DNA of 64,000 nt, taken from NCBI GenBank assembly GCA_937901085.1, contig CALCHQ010000085.1:2041-66040 (forward strand). The letters run 5' to 3'. Each line of letters begins with the position of its first letter. Position 1 is the stretch's first letter. Positions 21,500 to 32,403 of this stretch are shown in pieces. Origin of the DNA: an uncultured Verrucomicrobiales bacterium. Its GTDB lineage: Bacteria > Verrucomicrobiota > Verrucomicrobiia > Verrucomicrobiales > Akkermansiaceae. A program made the position numbers and the translations under genes. The notes beneath the pieces were generated by a model, which saw only the letters and a list, made by a program, of their open reading frames with translations, had not been told where the DNA came from and did no database searches.

Positions 21500-21515
21500 T
21501 ACAACCTTTTCCACC

Positions 21516-21998
21516 ATGCGCAAGTCCCTTCTCTCCCTCCTCCCGCTGTTTCTCTGCAGCTGCATCGTCCAGAACCAGCTCATCCTCGACCCGCTCGAAG
21601 AGGGTGAAAGCCTGATGATACGCGACGAGCAGGCCATTGCCGCCTTTGAAACCATCATGGCCGGTGTGGCCGACCCTGGCAATACCTACAACCTGCCGGA
21701 GTCCACCCACGCCTTCTTCAACTCGGCCGATGTCATCAGCACCTTCCAGAACACCCAGCCGGTGCTGGGGGTCTGCCGCAACGGGGAAAAGGAATACTAT
21801 TACCACATTGAGCGCAATCAGGATGATGTCCTCATCAGCGACCTTGACCAAGGCGTAACTGACTACATCATCACCCCGGAGAAATACAAGGAAATCCAGG
21901 ACTTCATCGCACAGCACACCCCGGTGCAGAAAGCCACCCCCGGAGAAGAAACACCGGGACAGGAAGCCACGGGAGCAGAATCGGACATAGAAGAATAA
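21516..21998 (+). CDS. Hypothetical lipoprotein
   Basis: Signal peptide with lipobox LCSC; coding-like codon usage. Confidence 0.65.
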   Translation: MRKSLLSLLPLFLCSCIVQNQLILDPLEEGESLMIRDEQAIAAFETIMAGVADPGNTYNLPESTHAFFNSADVISTFQNTQPVLGVCRNGEKEYYYHIERNQDDVLISDLDQGVTDYIITPEKYKEIQDFIAQHTPVQKATPGEETPGQEATGAESDIEE

Positions 21999-22004
21999 AT
22001 CTAT

Positions 22005-22604
22005 ATGTCTCACCGTACCCCGCTTATCCTGCTGCTCATTTTCATCGCGCTCACCTGCTGGTCTGCCATCAACCCGCACGATACCCAGGTATGGTGGACA
22101 GAAATGACCGTTGCCCTGCTGCTGGTGGGCGCGCTCGTCCTCAGCTACCGCAAGTTCCGCTTCTCAGACACCGCCTATATCATCCTGGGCCTCTGGTGCT
22201 TCATCCAGGTTATCGGCGCGCACTACACCTTTGAACTCGTCCCCTTCGATTTCGTCACCAACCTGTTCGGATTCGAGCGTAACCACTACGACCGCCTGGC
22301 CCACTTTGTGGTAGGCATGGGCGGCATTGCGATTGCCGAGCTGCTCTGGCGTTGCCGACTGGTCAATGGAGTCAGAACCGCGGCCGTATTCAGCGTCATC
22401 TTCATCCTGGCCATCGCCGGCTTCTGGGAACTGGTAGAATGGATATACGCCGAGATTGACGGCGGCGATGCAGGCCAGGCATTCCTAGGCTCCCAGGGAG
22501 ATGTATGGGACGCGCACAAGGACATGGTGCAGGATACGCTGGGAGGTATCCTTGCAGCCCTTATGTTCTACTGGCAGAACCGTGGGCAGAAAGCCTCTTA
22601 TTAG
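22005..22604 (+). CDS. DUF2238 (YjdF-like) inner-membrane protein
   Basis: IGAHYTF..VP, RNHYDRLAHF, AFLGSQGDVWDAHKDM. Confidence 0.85.
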   Translation: MSHRTPLILLLIFIALTCWSAINPHDTQVWWTEMTVALLLVGALVLSYRKFRFSDTAYIILGLWCFIQVIGAHYTFELVPFDFVTNLFGFERNHYDRLAHFVVGMGGIAIAELLWRCRLVNGVRTAAVFSVIFILAIAGFWELVEWIYAEIDGGDAGQAFLGSQGDVWDAHKDMVQDTLGGILAALMFYWQNRGQKASY

Positions 22605-22742
22605 GCATACCGGGAAAAATGCTTCTTTCGAACCCAGAAAGATATTATCCATATAGGCATCTTCAAATGCAGCCTGGTGCAGAATAAAGCAAGAACTTCT
22701 CTTTCTTGAAAAGGCGCGAACGAAAGCATTTCCTGAACACAC

Positions 22743-22770
22743 GGAGGGGAGTTCATTCGAACTCCCCTCC
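22743..22770. terminator. Hairpin between convergent genes
   Basis: ggaggggagttc...gaactcccctcc inverted repeat. Confidence 0.6.
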
Positions 22771-22799
22771 GGCGTTATCAGATTCATCAGTTTCGGTCT

Positions 22800-23627
22800 T
22801 TACTCCTCCTCAGCGGGGGGAGCTGCCTTGGCCTTGGCGGCTTTCACCAGGGCATCGGTATCTGCCAGCACCTGGTCAATGGAAGCAGCGGGAACACCAG
22901 CCTTCAGCAGACTCTGGGTGGCATGGTAGGCCTTGGAGCGCTCCTCTGAATAGATGAGGCTGTATACCTTGGACTGGCGCTTGTCGTATGCAGCGCCCTT
23001 CTCCTCCGCCAGCTGGGCAGCGGTCTTGCTCTCAGCGTTCACGGCGGCGGTATCAGCCCCCAGCTGAAGCAGAACCTTCACCACGGCATCATCGCCGCGC
23101 ATGGCAGCCAGCATCAGCGGAGTGTAGCCATTGGCCTCTTTCTCGTTGATATCCAGGCCGGCCTTGACGAGCATGGCCACGGAGTGGGGCATGCCGCTCC
23201 AGGCAGCCCAGTGGAGAGCCGTGAAACCATCCTGGTCCTTGGCGTGAATGTTCACACCGGGAGCATTAAGGAGTTCCTGCACATAATAGGCGCGATCGGC
23301 ATCCTTGGCCATGGAGAGCTGCGGGTTGTTGAAGTTCGTGTACACAGCCCACATGAGCGGGGTGCGGCCGGTGCTGTCCGGCGTGTTCACGAAATCGGCA
23401 TGGGCTTTCGTTCCCTCGGTAAATTCCTTCAGAAAAATATCGTCCTTGCCATTCTGCACGCCACCCTTGCGGATGAGGGAGACGAGCGAGTCCGTCACCT
23501 GCACGGATTCAAAGGGCTTCATGGCCAGGTTGCAGGCGTAGCCCAGAGCCCCCATGATGCACACCAGGATGCACATATCCTTGATGATGGGAAGCCACTC
23601 GGTCTTGTGTTCTTGAGTATCAGACAT
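22800..23627 (-). CDS. Membrane-anchored ankyrin-repeat protein
   Basis: N-terminal TM; GRTPLMWA, GFTALHWAA, GYTPLMLAA repeats. Confidence 0.88.
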   Translation of the reverse strand: MSDTQEHKTEWLPIIKDMCILVCIMGALGYACNLAMKPFESVQVTDSLVSLIRKGGVQNGKDDIFLKEFTEGTKAHADFVNTPDSTGRTPLMWAVYTNFNNPQLSMAKDADRAYYVQELLNAPGVNIHAKDQDGFTALHWAAWSGMPHSVAMLVKAGLDINEKEANGYTPLMLAAMRGDDAVVKVLLQLGADTAAVNAESKTAAQLAEEKGAAYDKRQSKVYSLIYSEERSKAYHATQSLLKAGVPAASIDQVLADTDALVKAAKAKAAPPAEEE

Positions 23628-23639
23628 GTTATTTGGAAA

Positions 23640-25121
23640 TCAGGCGTTAGCAGTTACGGTATTATCTTCTTCGTCCTTCTTCACAGAGGTATCATCCTTG
23701 GCGGTGCTTTCCTCAGGGTTATCGGACACAAAGCTGTCCTTAGTCAGAATGATGGCAATCGGGGAAATGAGAGCCATGATGAGATAGATGGTCCACATGA
23801 ACTCTGGGGAGTCCCAGAAGCCGATATGGCCGGTATCCATCTTGGCGGCAATGCCGTCAAAGCAGAGGTAGGACACCAGCAGACCACCCACCACGCCATT
23901 GATAGGCTTGGCAATGAACATAGGCAGAGCGGAAAGCGACATGTAGGAAGCCACCTTATCCTTGGGGGCGACGCGGGCCACATACTCCGAGAAGCGGGGG
24001 CTGAACAGCAGCTCACCGAAGGCAAAGATGAGAATCTGCAGGAAAATGGCCACGAAATAGGCCTGCCCGATGGTCTCGATACCCGGAATAATGAAGTAGG
24101 TCTGCGGCGGAACGGCCATGAGCAGCAGCGAACAGGCCGAAATCCCCATGCCGGTAATCATCAGCTTCACCGTGGAGAACTTGTTGAGAATCGGGATGAT
24201 GAGAATCAGGCCCGTGATAATCACAAAGGGATTGAGTGAGTTCATGAAGCCCAGCTTGAAATCGTCGCCGATGGTGCGCAGGTAGTACTGCGGCATGACA
24301 AGGAACTGAAGCGTGAACACCAGGCGCACGCCCAGCGTCAGCACCAGGAACACGATGAGCTTCTGGAAGGCTCGCTCGCGGGCCACCTGGCCAATCAGCT
24401 GCAGCGGGCGCTGGGCAGACTTGGCGGTCTTCACGATGCGTTCCTCCGGCACGGCGAAGAAGTTTTCGTCAATGAAGCGGGTGAAGATAAAAGCAATGCA
24501 GTTGCAGGCGGTGCCGAAGTTGATAACCCACAGCAGACCGTCGATGTCACCCTGCCACTTGAGCAGGGGGTCAACAATGGCGAAGCCTGCCAGCAGAGCG
24601 CCCACATTCATGAACAGGTAGTAGAAATTGAAGCCGGTGGGGCGGGCGCGCAGCGTCGTGAAACGGCGGATGGAGGTCGTGATGCACGGACTCATGAACG
24701 CCGTACCGAAAGACATGATGGCGATGCCCGCCATGACGAAGTAGCGGGAGGCGTCCTGGCTGAGCTGCAGCACTTCCGTACCGAAATCCGTACCCATGCC
24801 CAGAATCAGACGCCCGCCGATAAGCAGGGTGAAGCCGATGAGGTAGGTGCGGCGCAGCCCGATGATGTCGCAAATGGTACCCACCGCAAACACAAAGAGG
24901 GAGATGAAGAGCGTATACATGCCCACCCAGTACGGGGCATCCGCATCGCGGAAACCGCAGTACTTGTTCAGGAAGAGGGAGAACACGATGATGAGCGTGA
25001 AGTACGACAGGCCATCGAAGAACTGGATGAAGTTCGTGAGCCAGAAGTTCTTGCCGCATTCGCGAAGTACACCGAATTCGGAGAAGTACTTGACGATGAA
25101 GTTTTGTTTGGTATCACTCAT
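23640..25121 (-). CDS. MFS transporter (peptide/POT-like)
   Basis: Multiple TMs, GTICDIIGLRR motif A variant, GFNFYYLFMNVG, FGELLFSPR; start placed at MSDTKQ. Confidence 0.8.
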   Translation of the reverse strand: MSDTKQNFIVKYFSEFGVLRECGKNFWLTNFIQFFDGLSYFTLIIVFSLFLNKYCGFRDADAPYWVGMYTLFISLFVFAVGTICDIIGLRRTYLIGFTLLIGGRLILGMGTDFGTEVLQLSQDASRYFVMAGIAIMSFGTAFMSPCITTSIRRFTTLRARPTGFNFYYLFMNVGALLAGFAIVDPLLKWQGDIDGLLWVINFGTACNCIAFIFTRFIDENFFAVPEERIVKTAKSAQRPLQLIGQVARERAFQKLIVFLVLTLGVRLVFTLQFLVMPQYYLRTIGDDFKLGFMNSLNPFVIITGLILIIPILNKFSTVKLMITGMGISACSLLLMAVPPQTYFIIPGIETIGQAYFVAIFLQILIFAFGELLFSPRFSEYVARVAPKDKVASYMSLSALPMFIAKPINGVVGGLLVSYLCFDGIAAKMDTGHIGFWDSPEFMWTIYLIMALISPIAIILTKDSFVSDNPEESTAKDDTSVKKDEEDNTVTANA

Positions 25122-25143
25122 AAGTCTGTTTTCTGGTATAAAA

Positions 25144-26811
25144 TCAGGCAAGGACAGCGCCCTTGCTGGCATTGGTGGCCAGCTTGCGGTAGCGCTTGAG
25201 CCACTTGCTGGGGATTTCCTGCATGGTGGGCTGCCACACCGCGCGACGGGCGGCAATTTCCTCCTCGCTCAATTCTGCCTGCATGCGGCGGGCAGGAATG
25301 TCTATGGAGATGATGTCGCCGTCCTTCAGCAGGCCGATGAGGCCACCTTCAGCAGCTTCGGGGGACACATGGCCGATGCAGGCACCGTGGGTGGCACCGG
25401 AGAAGCGGCCGTCGGTGATGAGGGCGACGCAGTTGCCCAGCCCCTTACCCATAATGTAGCTGGTGGGAGCAAGCATTTCCTGCATGCCGGGGCCGCCCTT
25501 GGGTCCTTCGTTGCGGATGACCACGACATCACCAGGTTTCACCTTGTCGGCCAGAATACCGGCACAGGCTTCTTCCTGGCTTTCGAAAATCACAGCCGGG
25601 CCACGGTGTACCATCATTTCGGGCAGTACACCGGCCTTCTTCACAATGGCCCCCTGCTCCGCCAGATTACCGAACAGCACCGCCAGACCACCGTCCTTGG
25701 AGTAAGCGTTATCCAGCGTACGGATAACGGCGGGGTCCTGGGTGGAAAGGCCTTCCATCTGCTCGCCGAGGGTCTTGCCGCTCACGGTGGGCACCTGGGT
25801 GTTCAGGGCGCCGGGAATCTTGTTGATTTCGGCCAGAATGGTCATGATGCCGCCGGCGCGCAGCACATCGTGCATGTGGTAGCGGGAGCTGGGGGCTACC
25901 TTGCAGATATTCGGGGTGCGCTTGGAAATCTCGTCGATACGCTTCAGGTCGTATTCAAAGCCGGCTTCTGCCGCAAAGGCCAGCGTGTGCAGAACAGTGT
26001 TGGAAGAACCACCCATGGCCATGTCGCAGGTGAACACGTTGTCGATGGCAGCCTCGGTAATGAGGTCGCGGGGCAGCGGGCCTCCCTGCTTGGCCATCTC
26101 GACCGCGCGGCGGGCAGAAGCACGCCAGAACTCCTTGCGTTCCTCGGAAAGTGCCAGCAGCGTGCCATTGCCCGGCAGCGCCAGCCCCAGCACCTCGCAG
26201 AGGCAATTCATGGAATTGGCGGTGAACATACCGCTGCATGAACCGGCGCTCGGACAGGCGTGGCATTCCACATAGTGCAGTTCATCCTCGGTAATCTTAC
26301 CGGCGGTGCAGGCAGCCACGGCCTCGAACACGCTGTTGAGGTCCAGATCCTCACCATTGCGCCCCTTGCCGACGGCCATGGGGCCGCCGCTGCAGAAAAT
26401 CGTCGGGATATTGCAGCGCAGAGCCCCCATCACCATGCCCGGCACAATCTTGTCGCAGTTCGGGATGCAAATACAGGCGTCAAAGGCATGGGCGGAAAGC
26501 ATGGTTTCCACGCTGTCGGCAATAAGCTCACGGCTGGCCAGGGAGAATTTCATGCCATGGTGGGCCATGGCAATACCATCGCACACACCGATGAGGTTGA
26601 ACTCAATAGGCGTGCCGCCTGCCTTGCGCACCTCATCCTTGATAAGCTCGGCCACCTTGTTGAGGTGCACGTGACCGGGAATCACCTCATTGAAAGAGTT
26701 ACAAATGGCAATGAACGGCTTCTTAATGTCCTCATCCGTCATGCCGGTAGCGCGCATCAGGCTGCGATGCGGCGCACGCTGAATACCTGCCTTGGTACGA
26801 TCTGATAACAT
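25144..26811 (-). CDS. ilvD: Dihydroxy-acid dehydratase
   Basis: [55 protein letters not shown]. Confidence 0.97.
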   Translation of the reverse strand: MLSDRTKAGIQRAPHRSLMRATGMTDEDIKKPFIAICNSFNEVIPGHVHLNKVAELIKDEVRKAGGTPIEFNLIGVCDGIAMAHHGMKFSLASRELIADSVETMLSAHAFDACICIPNCDKIVPGMVMGALRCNIPTIFCSGGPMAVGKGRNGEDLDLNSVFEAVAACTAGKITEDELHYVECHACPSAGSCSGMFTANSMNCLCEVLGLALPGNGTLLALSEERKEFWRASARRAVEMAKQGGPLPRDLITEAAIDNVFTCDMAMGGSSNTVLHTLAFAAEAGFEYDLKRIDEISKRTPNICKVAPSSRYHMHDVLRAGGIMTILAEINKIPGALNTQVPTVSGKTLGEQMEGLSTQDPAVIRTLDNAYSKDGGLAVLFGNLAEQGAIVKKAGVLPEMMVHRGPAVIFESQEEACAGILADKVKPGDVVVIRNEGPKGGPGMQEMLAPTSYIMGKGLGNCVALITDGRFSGATHGACIGHVSPEAAEGGLIGLLKDGDIISIDIPARRMQAELSEEEIAARRAVWQPTMQEIPSKWLKRYRKLATNASKGAVLA

Positions 26812-26950
26812 AGCGCGGCGACCTTAGCATAATTCCAACCGCATTACCAGCTTAATTTGATGCTTCGCGCGCGTATGTGCGACATAATTCCCATAAAACA
26901 AGCAGAGATTTAGGTTGCCAAAACGCCGAAGCGGGGTAAGAATCTACTTT

Positions 26951-28129
26951 ATGCCACGGCAGCCGTACGATTCAGCCCATCTGCATTTCATCATCATCTT
27001 CCTGCTGGTCAGCTTCAACCTGCGGCTTGCTTTTTCGGCTGCCGACCCATTGCTGGTACCGCTCATGCGAGACCTGGGGCTGGGCATCACCAGCAGCGGT
27101 CTGTTCGGGCTGCTGCCTGTCATGGCCCTGGGCATTGCTGCGCCGCTCGGCGCGCGGCTGGTAGCGCTGGTTCGCCCCGCCCTTCTCATCATTTACGCGC
27201 TGCTGGCTGCGGTGGCAGGGGTCGCCTGGCGAAGCTACGGCGGCATTCCCGGACTCTTCGGCGGAACCATCATCATCGGCCTGGGGTTAGGCATTGCCGG
27301 GTCGGTCATCCTGGGCATCGTCAAGCAGGAGGAAAAGCAGCATTTGCCCATGCTCATGAGCGCGTACACGGCATGCGTCAGCCTGGGCACATCAGTGGGT
27401 GCAGGGGCATCGACCCCGGTGGCCTACTGGCTGGGAGGCTGGCAGAACGGTCTCCTGTTCTGGGCCCTGCCATTGCTGCTAGCCACCATGTTATGGGGTG
27501 AGTTCGTGCTGCACAGCCAGCCCCGGCAGACCACACAGCACACCGTGAAAGCCCCCATGCTGCCCCTGCTCCGCAAACACTCCACCCGCATGGTGACGCT
27601 GTACTACCTTTTTCGCGTGGCAAGTGCCTGGCTGCTCATTGTCTGGCTGACCACACTGCTGCGCCAGCGCGGACTGCATCCCGACGAAGCCGGCTTCGTC
27701 CTAGCGCTGGCCACAGCCAGCCAGATTCCCTTTGCCCTGGTAGCGGGAATACTCTGCCGCCTTCTGGGCGGCACGGCGAGGCTGATGGTGGCAGGCACAC
27801 TCGCAGGCGTGGTGGCCTGCTGGGGATTGCTGGTGGCGCCGCTCTCCCTGTGGGTGCTGTTTGCCATTCTGCTCGGTTTCGGCATGGGCAGCATCTTCGC
27901 TATCGGCATGACCCTCATTGCCACCACCGAGCCCGATGAAGCCGGCACCATTGCCCTCTCCGGGCTGGCGCAGGGAGTCGGCTTCATCGGCGGCGGTCTG
28001 CTGGCCTGGCTGGCCGGCATGAGTCTGCGCCTTCCCCTGCCGGATATCTGGCTGAGTTCGCTCTACACGCTGCTGGCTCTTTGCGGGCTGGCTTTCGGGC
28101 TTCAATGCACAAGAAAGCCGGCCTGCTGA
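26951..28129 (+). CDS. CynX/NimT-like MFS transporter
   Basis: VSFNLRLAFSAA, LSGLAQGVGF, about 12 hydrophobic segments. Confidence 0.75.
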   Translation: MPRQPYDSAHLHFIIIFLLVSFNLRLAFSAADPLLVPLMRDLGLGITSSGLFGLLPVMALGIAAPLGARLVALVRPALLIIYALLAAVAGVAWRSYGGIPGLFGGTIIIGLGLGIAGSVILGIVKQEEKQHLPMLMSAYTACVSLGTSVGAGASTPVAYWLGGWQNGLLFWALPLLLATMLWGEFVLHSQPRQTTQHTVKAPMLPLLRKHSTRMVTLYYLFRVASAWLLIVWLTTLLRQRGLHPDEAGFVLALATASQIPFALVAGILCRLLGGTARLMVAGTLAGVVACWGLLVAPLSLWVLFAILLGFGMGSIFAIGMTLIATTEPDEAGTIALSGLAQGVGFIGGGLLAWLAGMSLRLPLPDIWLSSLYTLLALCGLAFGLQCTRKPAC

Positions 28130-28145
28130 TGGGCAGACCGGCTTT
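28115..28145. terminator. Bidirectional terminator
   Basis: aagccggcctgc...gcagaccggcttt between convergent genes. Confidence 0.6.
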
Positions 28146-28185
28146 GGTGAAGCTTGATGCTCAATGCATCGCTTTATTTTTTGAG

Positions 28186-31140
28186 CTACTCGGCGGTGGG
28201 GGCAGTAATCTGCACCGGCACCTTGATTTCCGGCAGGCCTTCGGCCTTCACCGTCACCGTAGCCGTGCCGCTGCTGTTGCGGTGGGCGCGTACGACAGCC
28301 AGGATACGGCCGTTGAAGAACTGCTGATTCTTGTCCTGCATGCAGGTGTGGTCAATGGGGTTACCATTGCAGAACCCGGCCAGGTCGGCAGGGCCTTCGA
28401 TGCTGAAACTCACCTTGCGGCTGTCTGTCGGCACAACATTGCCCTGGGCATCAGTAAGCGCCAGCGAAATGTAGCTGAGGTCGCGGGCATCACCCACGAT
28501 GGTGCTGCGGTCCACCTGAGCCGTCACAGCAGCAGAATCACCAGTAGTCACACGCTTCGCGGTGGCCCAGGGCTGGCCATTCTTCTTCACCACCACTTCC
28601 ACCGTACCCGGTTCGTATACGACTTCCTCCCAGGCAAAGCGGAACATGTTCTTGTTCATCACCAGGCTCTTATCCTTCTGCACAAAGGTCGGGCCGTCGC
28701 CACGGCGGCGCACGCCCTGGCTCTTGCCGTTCACAAACAGCTCGGCCTCGTCACCGCTGGAGAACACCATCACCGGAGTGACCTGACCTTCGCGGCCAGC
28801 CCAGTTCCAATGCGGCAGAATGTGCGCCATGGGCTTGTCGGCATTCCACTGGCTCTGGTAGAGGTAGTACACATCCTTCGGGAAACCGGCCAGGTCAATC
28901 AGACCGAAGTAGGAACTGCGGCTGGGCGCTTTATTACCCATGGCCTTGAGCTGTTCCATGGCGGCTTTCTTCTCTGCCTCGCTGGCGCCGATGAAGTTGC
29001 CGATGTTGGAGGCATCCTGGTTGTAGGGAGTCGGTTCGCCGATGTAGTCGAAGCCTGTCCACACATACTCACCAGCCAGTTCGGGAGCCAGGGTATGGGC
29101 ATACATCTCGATATCCGGGCAGGAACCCCAGCCGGTGGATGAAAGCGCATAGCTGCTCACCTGGAAATAGCGGGCGCCGCTACGCACATCCCATTTCATC
29201 GGGAAGAAGTAGGTATCGCGCGTCGACACGCAGCTGCATGTCTCAGAGCCGTAGTATGGCTGTTCCGGGTGCTTCATGCGGAAGTCCCTGTAAAGATGCG
29301 GCTTGTAGTTGAAGCCATACACATCCATCGTCTCCGAGAAGCCGTTCTTGTAGGCACGCATATCATTGCAGCCCACCGTATACGGACGCGTGGTATCATA
29401 CTTGCGGAATTCATCCCGCAGAGCCACCGCGGTCTGAAGATTCTCGGCATGAGCTTCCTTATTATTGTCCCCCTGCTCAGGGATTTCGTTACCACCGCTC
29501 CAGGCAATGATGCAGGGGTGGTTGCGGTCACGCTGCATGAAGTTCTGCACATCCTTCTGCCACCAGTTGGGCCAGTAGAGGTGGTAGCCGTTCACCTTGT
29601 CGTACTTCTGGCGTTTCCAGATATCGAACAACTCATCAATCACCAGCACACCGTGCTTGTCGCAAAGGTCGAGTACTTCCGGGGCGGGCGGGTTGTGGGT
29701 CATGCGGATGGAATTGCAGCCCATCTCCTTGAGGATCTCAATCTTGCGCTCATAGCCACGGGCATGGAAGGCCGTACCGAGCGCGCCCAGGTCATGGTGC
29801 TCGCAGACACCCTTGAGACGCACCTTCTCACCGTTCAGGTAGAAGCCGTCCTTCTTCCACTCAATGCTGCGGACACCGAAACGGCTCTCGCGGGTATCCA
29901 CCACCTTGCCATCGAGCAGCACGGAAGTCTGCATGGTGTAGAGATTCGGGTTTTCACAGCTCCAAAGCTGCGGGCTGGGCAGTCGTAATTCCTGCTCCAC
30001 CGTACCGGTTGTGCCGGGTTCCAGCGTTATGGTGGAGGGAACAGCCTGCGAGCCGTTCACCTTCTGCATCACCGTGATTTCGGCCTCCTCCTGGCTGGTG
30101 TTCGTCACCGTGGTCTGCACCTTCACCACGGCATAATCGGCTGTGATTTCAGGCGTGGTGATATAGGTGGGCCATTGGGTCAGATGCACAGGACCGGTCT
30201 TTTCCAGCCACACATGGCGGTAAATACCCGCGCCAGGATACCAGCGGGTAGAGAGCGGCAGGTTGCTGGCCATCACCGCCACCAGATTATCCTTACCTGC
30301 CTGCAGGTAGGGAGTAATATCCACACGGAAAGAGTTATAACCATAAGCCCAGGAACCGGCAAGCTGACCATTCACATACACCTGGGGATTCGACATCACC
30401 CCGTCGAAATCGAGGTAGTAACGGTCTTTTTCCACGCTGAAATCCGCTGGAACGGCAAAATGCTTACGATACCATCCCCAGCCATTCCAAGGCAGTTTGC
30501 CCGTTTCGTTCGGCTCATCCATCAGGAAGGGGCTTTCAATGGCCCAGTCATGCGGCAACTGAACATTCTTATAGCCGCGTTCATCGGCATCCACAGCAGC
30601 ATGCGCGGTGGCAGGCTTCCCACGCTTCACCTGCAGGGGTTCGTTATTCATGCCGGTGAACATAATTTCGCGGATGCTGGCCCAATGGTGCTGATCCGTC
30701 CCCTTCACCGTCATTTTAATGGAAGCCACCGATTTGCCGCCCATGTCAATGAACGTGGCCGCCTGGTGTCCCACCTTGTAGCTTCGTTTTTCAACGGAGT
30801 CACCATAGTCCACTTCCACGACCACCTCCATGTTGTTGCGCTGTTCCCAGTAGATGACAGCCATCTTGACCGCCTCATCGAAGCCCGGCACAATAATGAG
30901 CTGGTGTCCCTCGGCCTGGTCCTTGGCACACCAGCGCGTCATGAGGTTTCCATCTACCGCGTGCGAAGCCGGGTGCGTACCCTGGTGAGAATCAGTATAA
31001 GCGGGCACGCCGGCTTCAGCCGGATTACCCGGGCCGAAGTACTTGAATTTCCAGCCGAAATCAAAAGTCTCGCGCTCGCCGGCATAGGCCGAAGCCACAC
31101 TCATAGCCAGCAAGGGAAGCATGTATCTAGCTTTCATCAT
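28186..31140 (-). CDS. GH2 beta-galactosidase-like glycosidase with inserted F5/8 (CBM32-like) module
   Basis: Signal peptide; FDFGWKF, LPHDWAIE, RWYPGAGIYR, GVCEHHDLGALG, WSGGNE, WTGFDYIGEPTP; insert AVDGNLMTRWCA...ASIREI. Confidence 0.92.
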   Translation of the reverse strand: MMKARYMLPLLAMSVASAYAGERETFDFGWKFKYFGPGNPAEAGVPAYTDSHQGTHPASHAVDGNLMTRWCAKDQAEGHQLIIVPGFDEAVKMAVIYWEQRNNMEVVVEVDYGDSVEKRSYKVGHQAATFIDMGGKSVASIKMTVKGTDQHHWASIREIMFTGMNNEPLQVKRGKPATAHAAVDADERGYKNVQLPHDWAIESPFLMDEPNETGKLPWNGWGWYRKHFAVPADFSVEKDRYYLDFDGVMSNPQVYVNGQLAGSWAYGYNSFRVDITPYLQAGKDNLVAVMASNLPLSTRWYPGAGIYRHVWLEKTGPVHLTQWPTYITTPEITADYAVVKVQTTVTNTSQEEAEITVMQKVNGSQAVPSTITLEPGTTGTVEQELRLPSPQLWSCENPNLYTMQTSVLLDGKVVDTRESRFGVRSIEWKKDGFYLNGEKVRLKGVCEHHDLGALGTAFHARGYERKIEILKEMGCNSIRMTHNPPAPEVLDLCDKHGVLVIDELFDIWKRQKYDKVNGYHLYWPNWWQKDVQNFMQRDRNHPCIIAWSGGNEIPEQGDNNKEAHAENLQTAVALRDEFRKYDTTRPYTVGCNDMRAYKNGFSETMDVYGFNYKPHLYRDFRMKHPEQPYYGSETCSCVSTRDTYFFPMKWDVRSGARYFQVSSYALSSTGWGSCPDIEMYAHTLAPELAGEYVWTGFDYIGEPTPYNQDASNIGNFIGASEAEKKAAMEQLKAMGNKAPSRSSYFGLIDLAGFPKDVYYLYQSQWNADKPMAHILPHWNWAGREGQVTPVMVFSSGDEAELFVNGKSQGVRRRGDGPTFVQKDKSLVMNKNMFRFAWEEVVYEPGTVEVVVKKNGQPWATAKRVTTGDSAAVTAQVDRSTIVGDARDLSYISLALTDAQGNVVPTDSRKVSFSIEGPADLAGFCNGNPIDHTCMQDKNQQFFNGRILAVVRAHRNSSGTATVTVKAEGLPEIKVPVQITAPTAE

Positions 31141-31200
31141 AGTCATAAATCCACGGTATTCTACCATTTTATTTCCGTATGAAAAGAAAAAAAACTGCCC

Positions 31201-32295
31201 TCACACCCGCAGAAAGGCCCGGTGGCGATACAGGAAATACAATACAAGCCACAGGAAACCAAAGGAAAGAGTTTCGTACAGGAAGGGGGATTCTGTCCAA
31301 CGGAATAAGGGGTATGCCAGGTTGCCCCACAGGCTGCGGCCGCCACAGCCGGGTGTATTGGTCAGCATATAGGCCAGCAGCGCATTGCACCCGAAGACCC
31401 GCAGCGGAAAGGCCAGGCAACCCGTACCGGACAGCACATCAAACAACAAATGAAACAGCGCCAGCAACAACAGACACCACCCCCCGCTCCAAAGTACCAT
31501 GGTGCTGGTGAACAGGTGCTTGATAAGAGGCGTATCCAGTTCCAGTAGCAGAGCCCCGCCCAGGCACAACACGCCCCCCGCCAGCAGAATGGCAACCGCC
31601 CGCCAGCCCCGCAGCGTCCATACAGCTCCTCCCCCCAGAACGCCCAGCAACGTCATCGCGCCAAAACTCAGAGAAGTCAGAATCCAGGTGTAGGGCGTGC
31701 CATCCTGCCAGCCCCCCTGCAAAGCACAATCGATGTAGTATGCCAGATTGTCCTGCGGCAGGAAATGCCCGGCAGAATGCCCCGCATAAGGCACGAAACG
31801 CAACAAGGCCCAGTAGGATGCGAGCAGAGCCACACAGCAGATAAGCTGCCCGCGCCACCCCCAGAACCACAACACCACGGCGCTGATGCCATAGCCCATG
31901 GCAATCGCCTGCAATGTGTTGCAGAACAAGCTCATCTTATCGGTATCGCCGCTGCACAGATTTCCCTGCACCACCATACCGAGGAAAAACAGCAGCACAC
32001 AGCGCCGCAGAACGCGCCACAGGGTACGCATGCCCCCCTGCTCCCGGTAGCGTTGGAACGCCATCGGCATGGAACAGCCTGTGATGAACAGGAAAAGCGG
32101 CATCACCAGATCCCAGCAAGTGAAGCCCTGCCCCCACTCCGCATGCCTGAACTGCCGCACCAGCCAGGCAGGCACATCATTTCCCCAGCCCAGGCGGCAC
32201 AACTGCCAGAGCAGCGCCGCACCACCACAGAGCATCACCATATCAAGCCCCCGCAAGGCATCAATGCTCACCAGCCTCCTTTTCTCTTCAGTCAT
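31201..32295 (-). CDS. Heparan-alpha-glucosaminide N-acetyltransferase-like membrane acyltransferase (DUF5009-like)
   Basis: RLVSIDALRGLDM, HAEW..FTCWDLVMPLFLFITG, PLIKHLFTSTMVL. Confidence 0.8.
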   Translation of the reverse strand: MTEEKRRLVSIDALRGLDMVMLCGGAALLWQLCRLGWGNDVPAWLVRQFRHAEWGQGFTCWDLVMPLFLFITGCSMPMAFQRYREQGGMRTLWRVLRRCVLLFFLGMVVQGNLCSGDTDKMSLFCNTLQAIAMGYGISAVVLWFWGWRGQLICCVALLASYWALLRFVPYAGHSAGHFLPQDNLAYYIDCALQGGWQDGTPYTWILTSLSFGAMTLLGVLGGGAVWTLRGWRAVAILLAGGVLCLGGALLLELDTPLIKHLFTSTMVLWSGGWCLLLLALFHLLFDVLSGTGCLAFPLRVFGCNALLAYMLTNTPGCGGRSLWGNLAYPLFRWTESPFLYETLSFGFLWLVLYFLYRHRAFLRV

Positions 32296-32403
32296 GCCCC
32301 AAGTCTACACAAAAAGACCCGGCACTTAAAGAAAAAATCCAAATACTGCTTGCATTTTAAGCCCCGCCGGGTAGAATAGACACGAACCAACATCACACCA
32401 ACC

